DNA of 63,204 nucleotides, counting the filler, from Rhabdomonas costata (Eukaryota): NCBI GenBank assembly GCA_019059605.1. It is 35 parts of 35 records of this genome, joined end to end, with 100 filler letters (N's around TTAATTAATTAA, not from the genome) between each part and the next. Parts side by side here need not be neighbours in the genome. Positions count along the whole stretch, not along the records: positions 61,497 to 63,204 come from JAHMHO010010310.1; 34 more parts are not named here. The stretch is one strand, 5' to 3'. This document shows, piece by piece, positions 62,297 to 63,204 of the stretch (its first letter is position 1; every line of letters starts with the position of its first letter). Under the pieces are notes generated by a model. The model was not told the origin of the DNA. It made no database searches and was given only the letters and a program-made list of their open reading frames with translations. The translations under genes were made by a program, and so were the position numbers.

Positions 62297-63204
62297 TCCA
62301 ATACCTGAGTGGGTGAGGAGGCGTGTTTAGGTTGGTTCTTGCTTGTTATCTGTGTGCCCATACCACTCAATAATATCGATGGTCCCATCCGGAGGAAAGA
62401 AACGGCAACAAGGACTGAAAACATCAGAAGCGCACACGCACACAAGCTGGAAAGGGATACAGTTCGGTCTTGTTTTCCTTGTAGAACACACTCACGCTCT
62501 CACTCACACTCAGTCAGTGAAAGGGTCTGCATTTGTAGATTCAGGCGGAGTAGTGGGAGGAGGAGAGTTCGGGTTCGGGTTCGGGGTTTTCATTTGTTGT
62601 TGTTAGACCCGGCTGTTTCCCACTTGGAAGTTCCCCAGAGTTAGGCAATGCTGGATAGTGCGCTCTCACTTTGACCTTTCATTTCCTTTCATTCTTTTCC
62701 CCCCGCCTTCGCTTCGCCGTGGGTGGAGCCAAGGGTGTGGCAATTTGCTGGAGCCTCAGTCCAAACCAAAAGTTTCGGTGTGTCTTCTTTCCCCCGGCCC
62801 CCGTGTTTCCGTCTCCGCGCATGCTGTGCTGGGCATGTGCCGAGTCTTTTCTTTTCCTTGTCGTGCAACTTTGCTGTGCCTTTGTCTTCCGCCTGGGAGA
62901 CATCCGGTGCCACCCTCTCCTCTTCCCTCCCACTGCACTCCACTGCACTCCCGCTGCCCACCCACACCACGACACACTCCAGCAGTGTATGGCGTGTGTG
63001 CTTGGCCGACGGCTGCTGTGCGTGCCCTTGCAGTGTTTTCCGCGTCCCTTCCGCGGAATAGTTTCCCCCGCCCCCGGCCCGAGTAAACTGCAACGCTGTG
63101 AACCTCCCATCGAGTATCGCTTCCGACCTTTGCTTCGCCCTGGGTGGACGAAGGTTGCCAGTCTGGTGAGCCAGACGCACTTGCCTCTCCCCTTCCACCA
63201 ACCC

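Overview
This window is not a contiguous locus. It is about 35 unrelated contigs of ~1.71 kb, joined by artificial 100-nt N spacers that carry TTAATTAATTAA, so gene neighbourhoods across spacers mean nothing. The DNA is from an intron-rich eukaryote, most likely a euglenid. The evidence is a candidate euglenid-type nonconventional intron, an AROM-type DHQase, several Cache/cyclase receptor fragments and AG acceptors just upstream of start codons. I spliced exons by hand with phase checking. This recovered parts of SEC22, a KH-repeat protein, FolB, a bacterial-type isoaspartyl dipeptidase (IadA), a tandem-Cache membrane receptor, AROM (DHQase I domain), an eEF3-like ABC ATPase, RPL7A and RPS20. 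It also recovered an F-box-like protein, an AAA ATPase, a FAAH-like amidase, an ADCY10-like cyclase, a pseudo-cyclase, UBA/WW/MORN proteins and a GT-A glycosyltransferase. Decayed non-LTR (including CRE-like) and Ty3/gypsy retroelements are present. The highlight is a probable non-GT-AG intron closed by an 8-bp stem (38530-39364), in the same gene as a GT-AG intron. There are also three probable GC-AG donors and intron-containing genes of bacterial type. All protein identifications come from motif recognition, not database searches.
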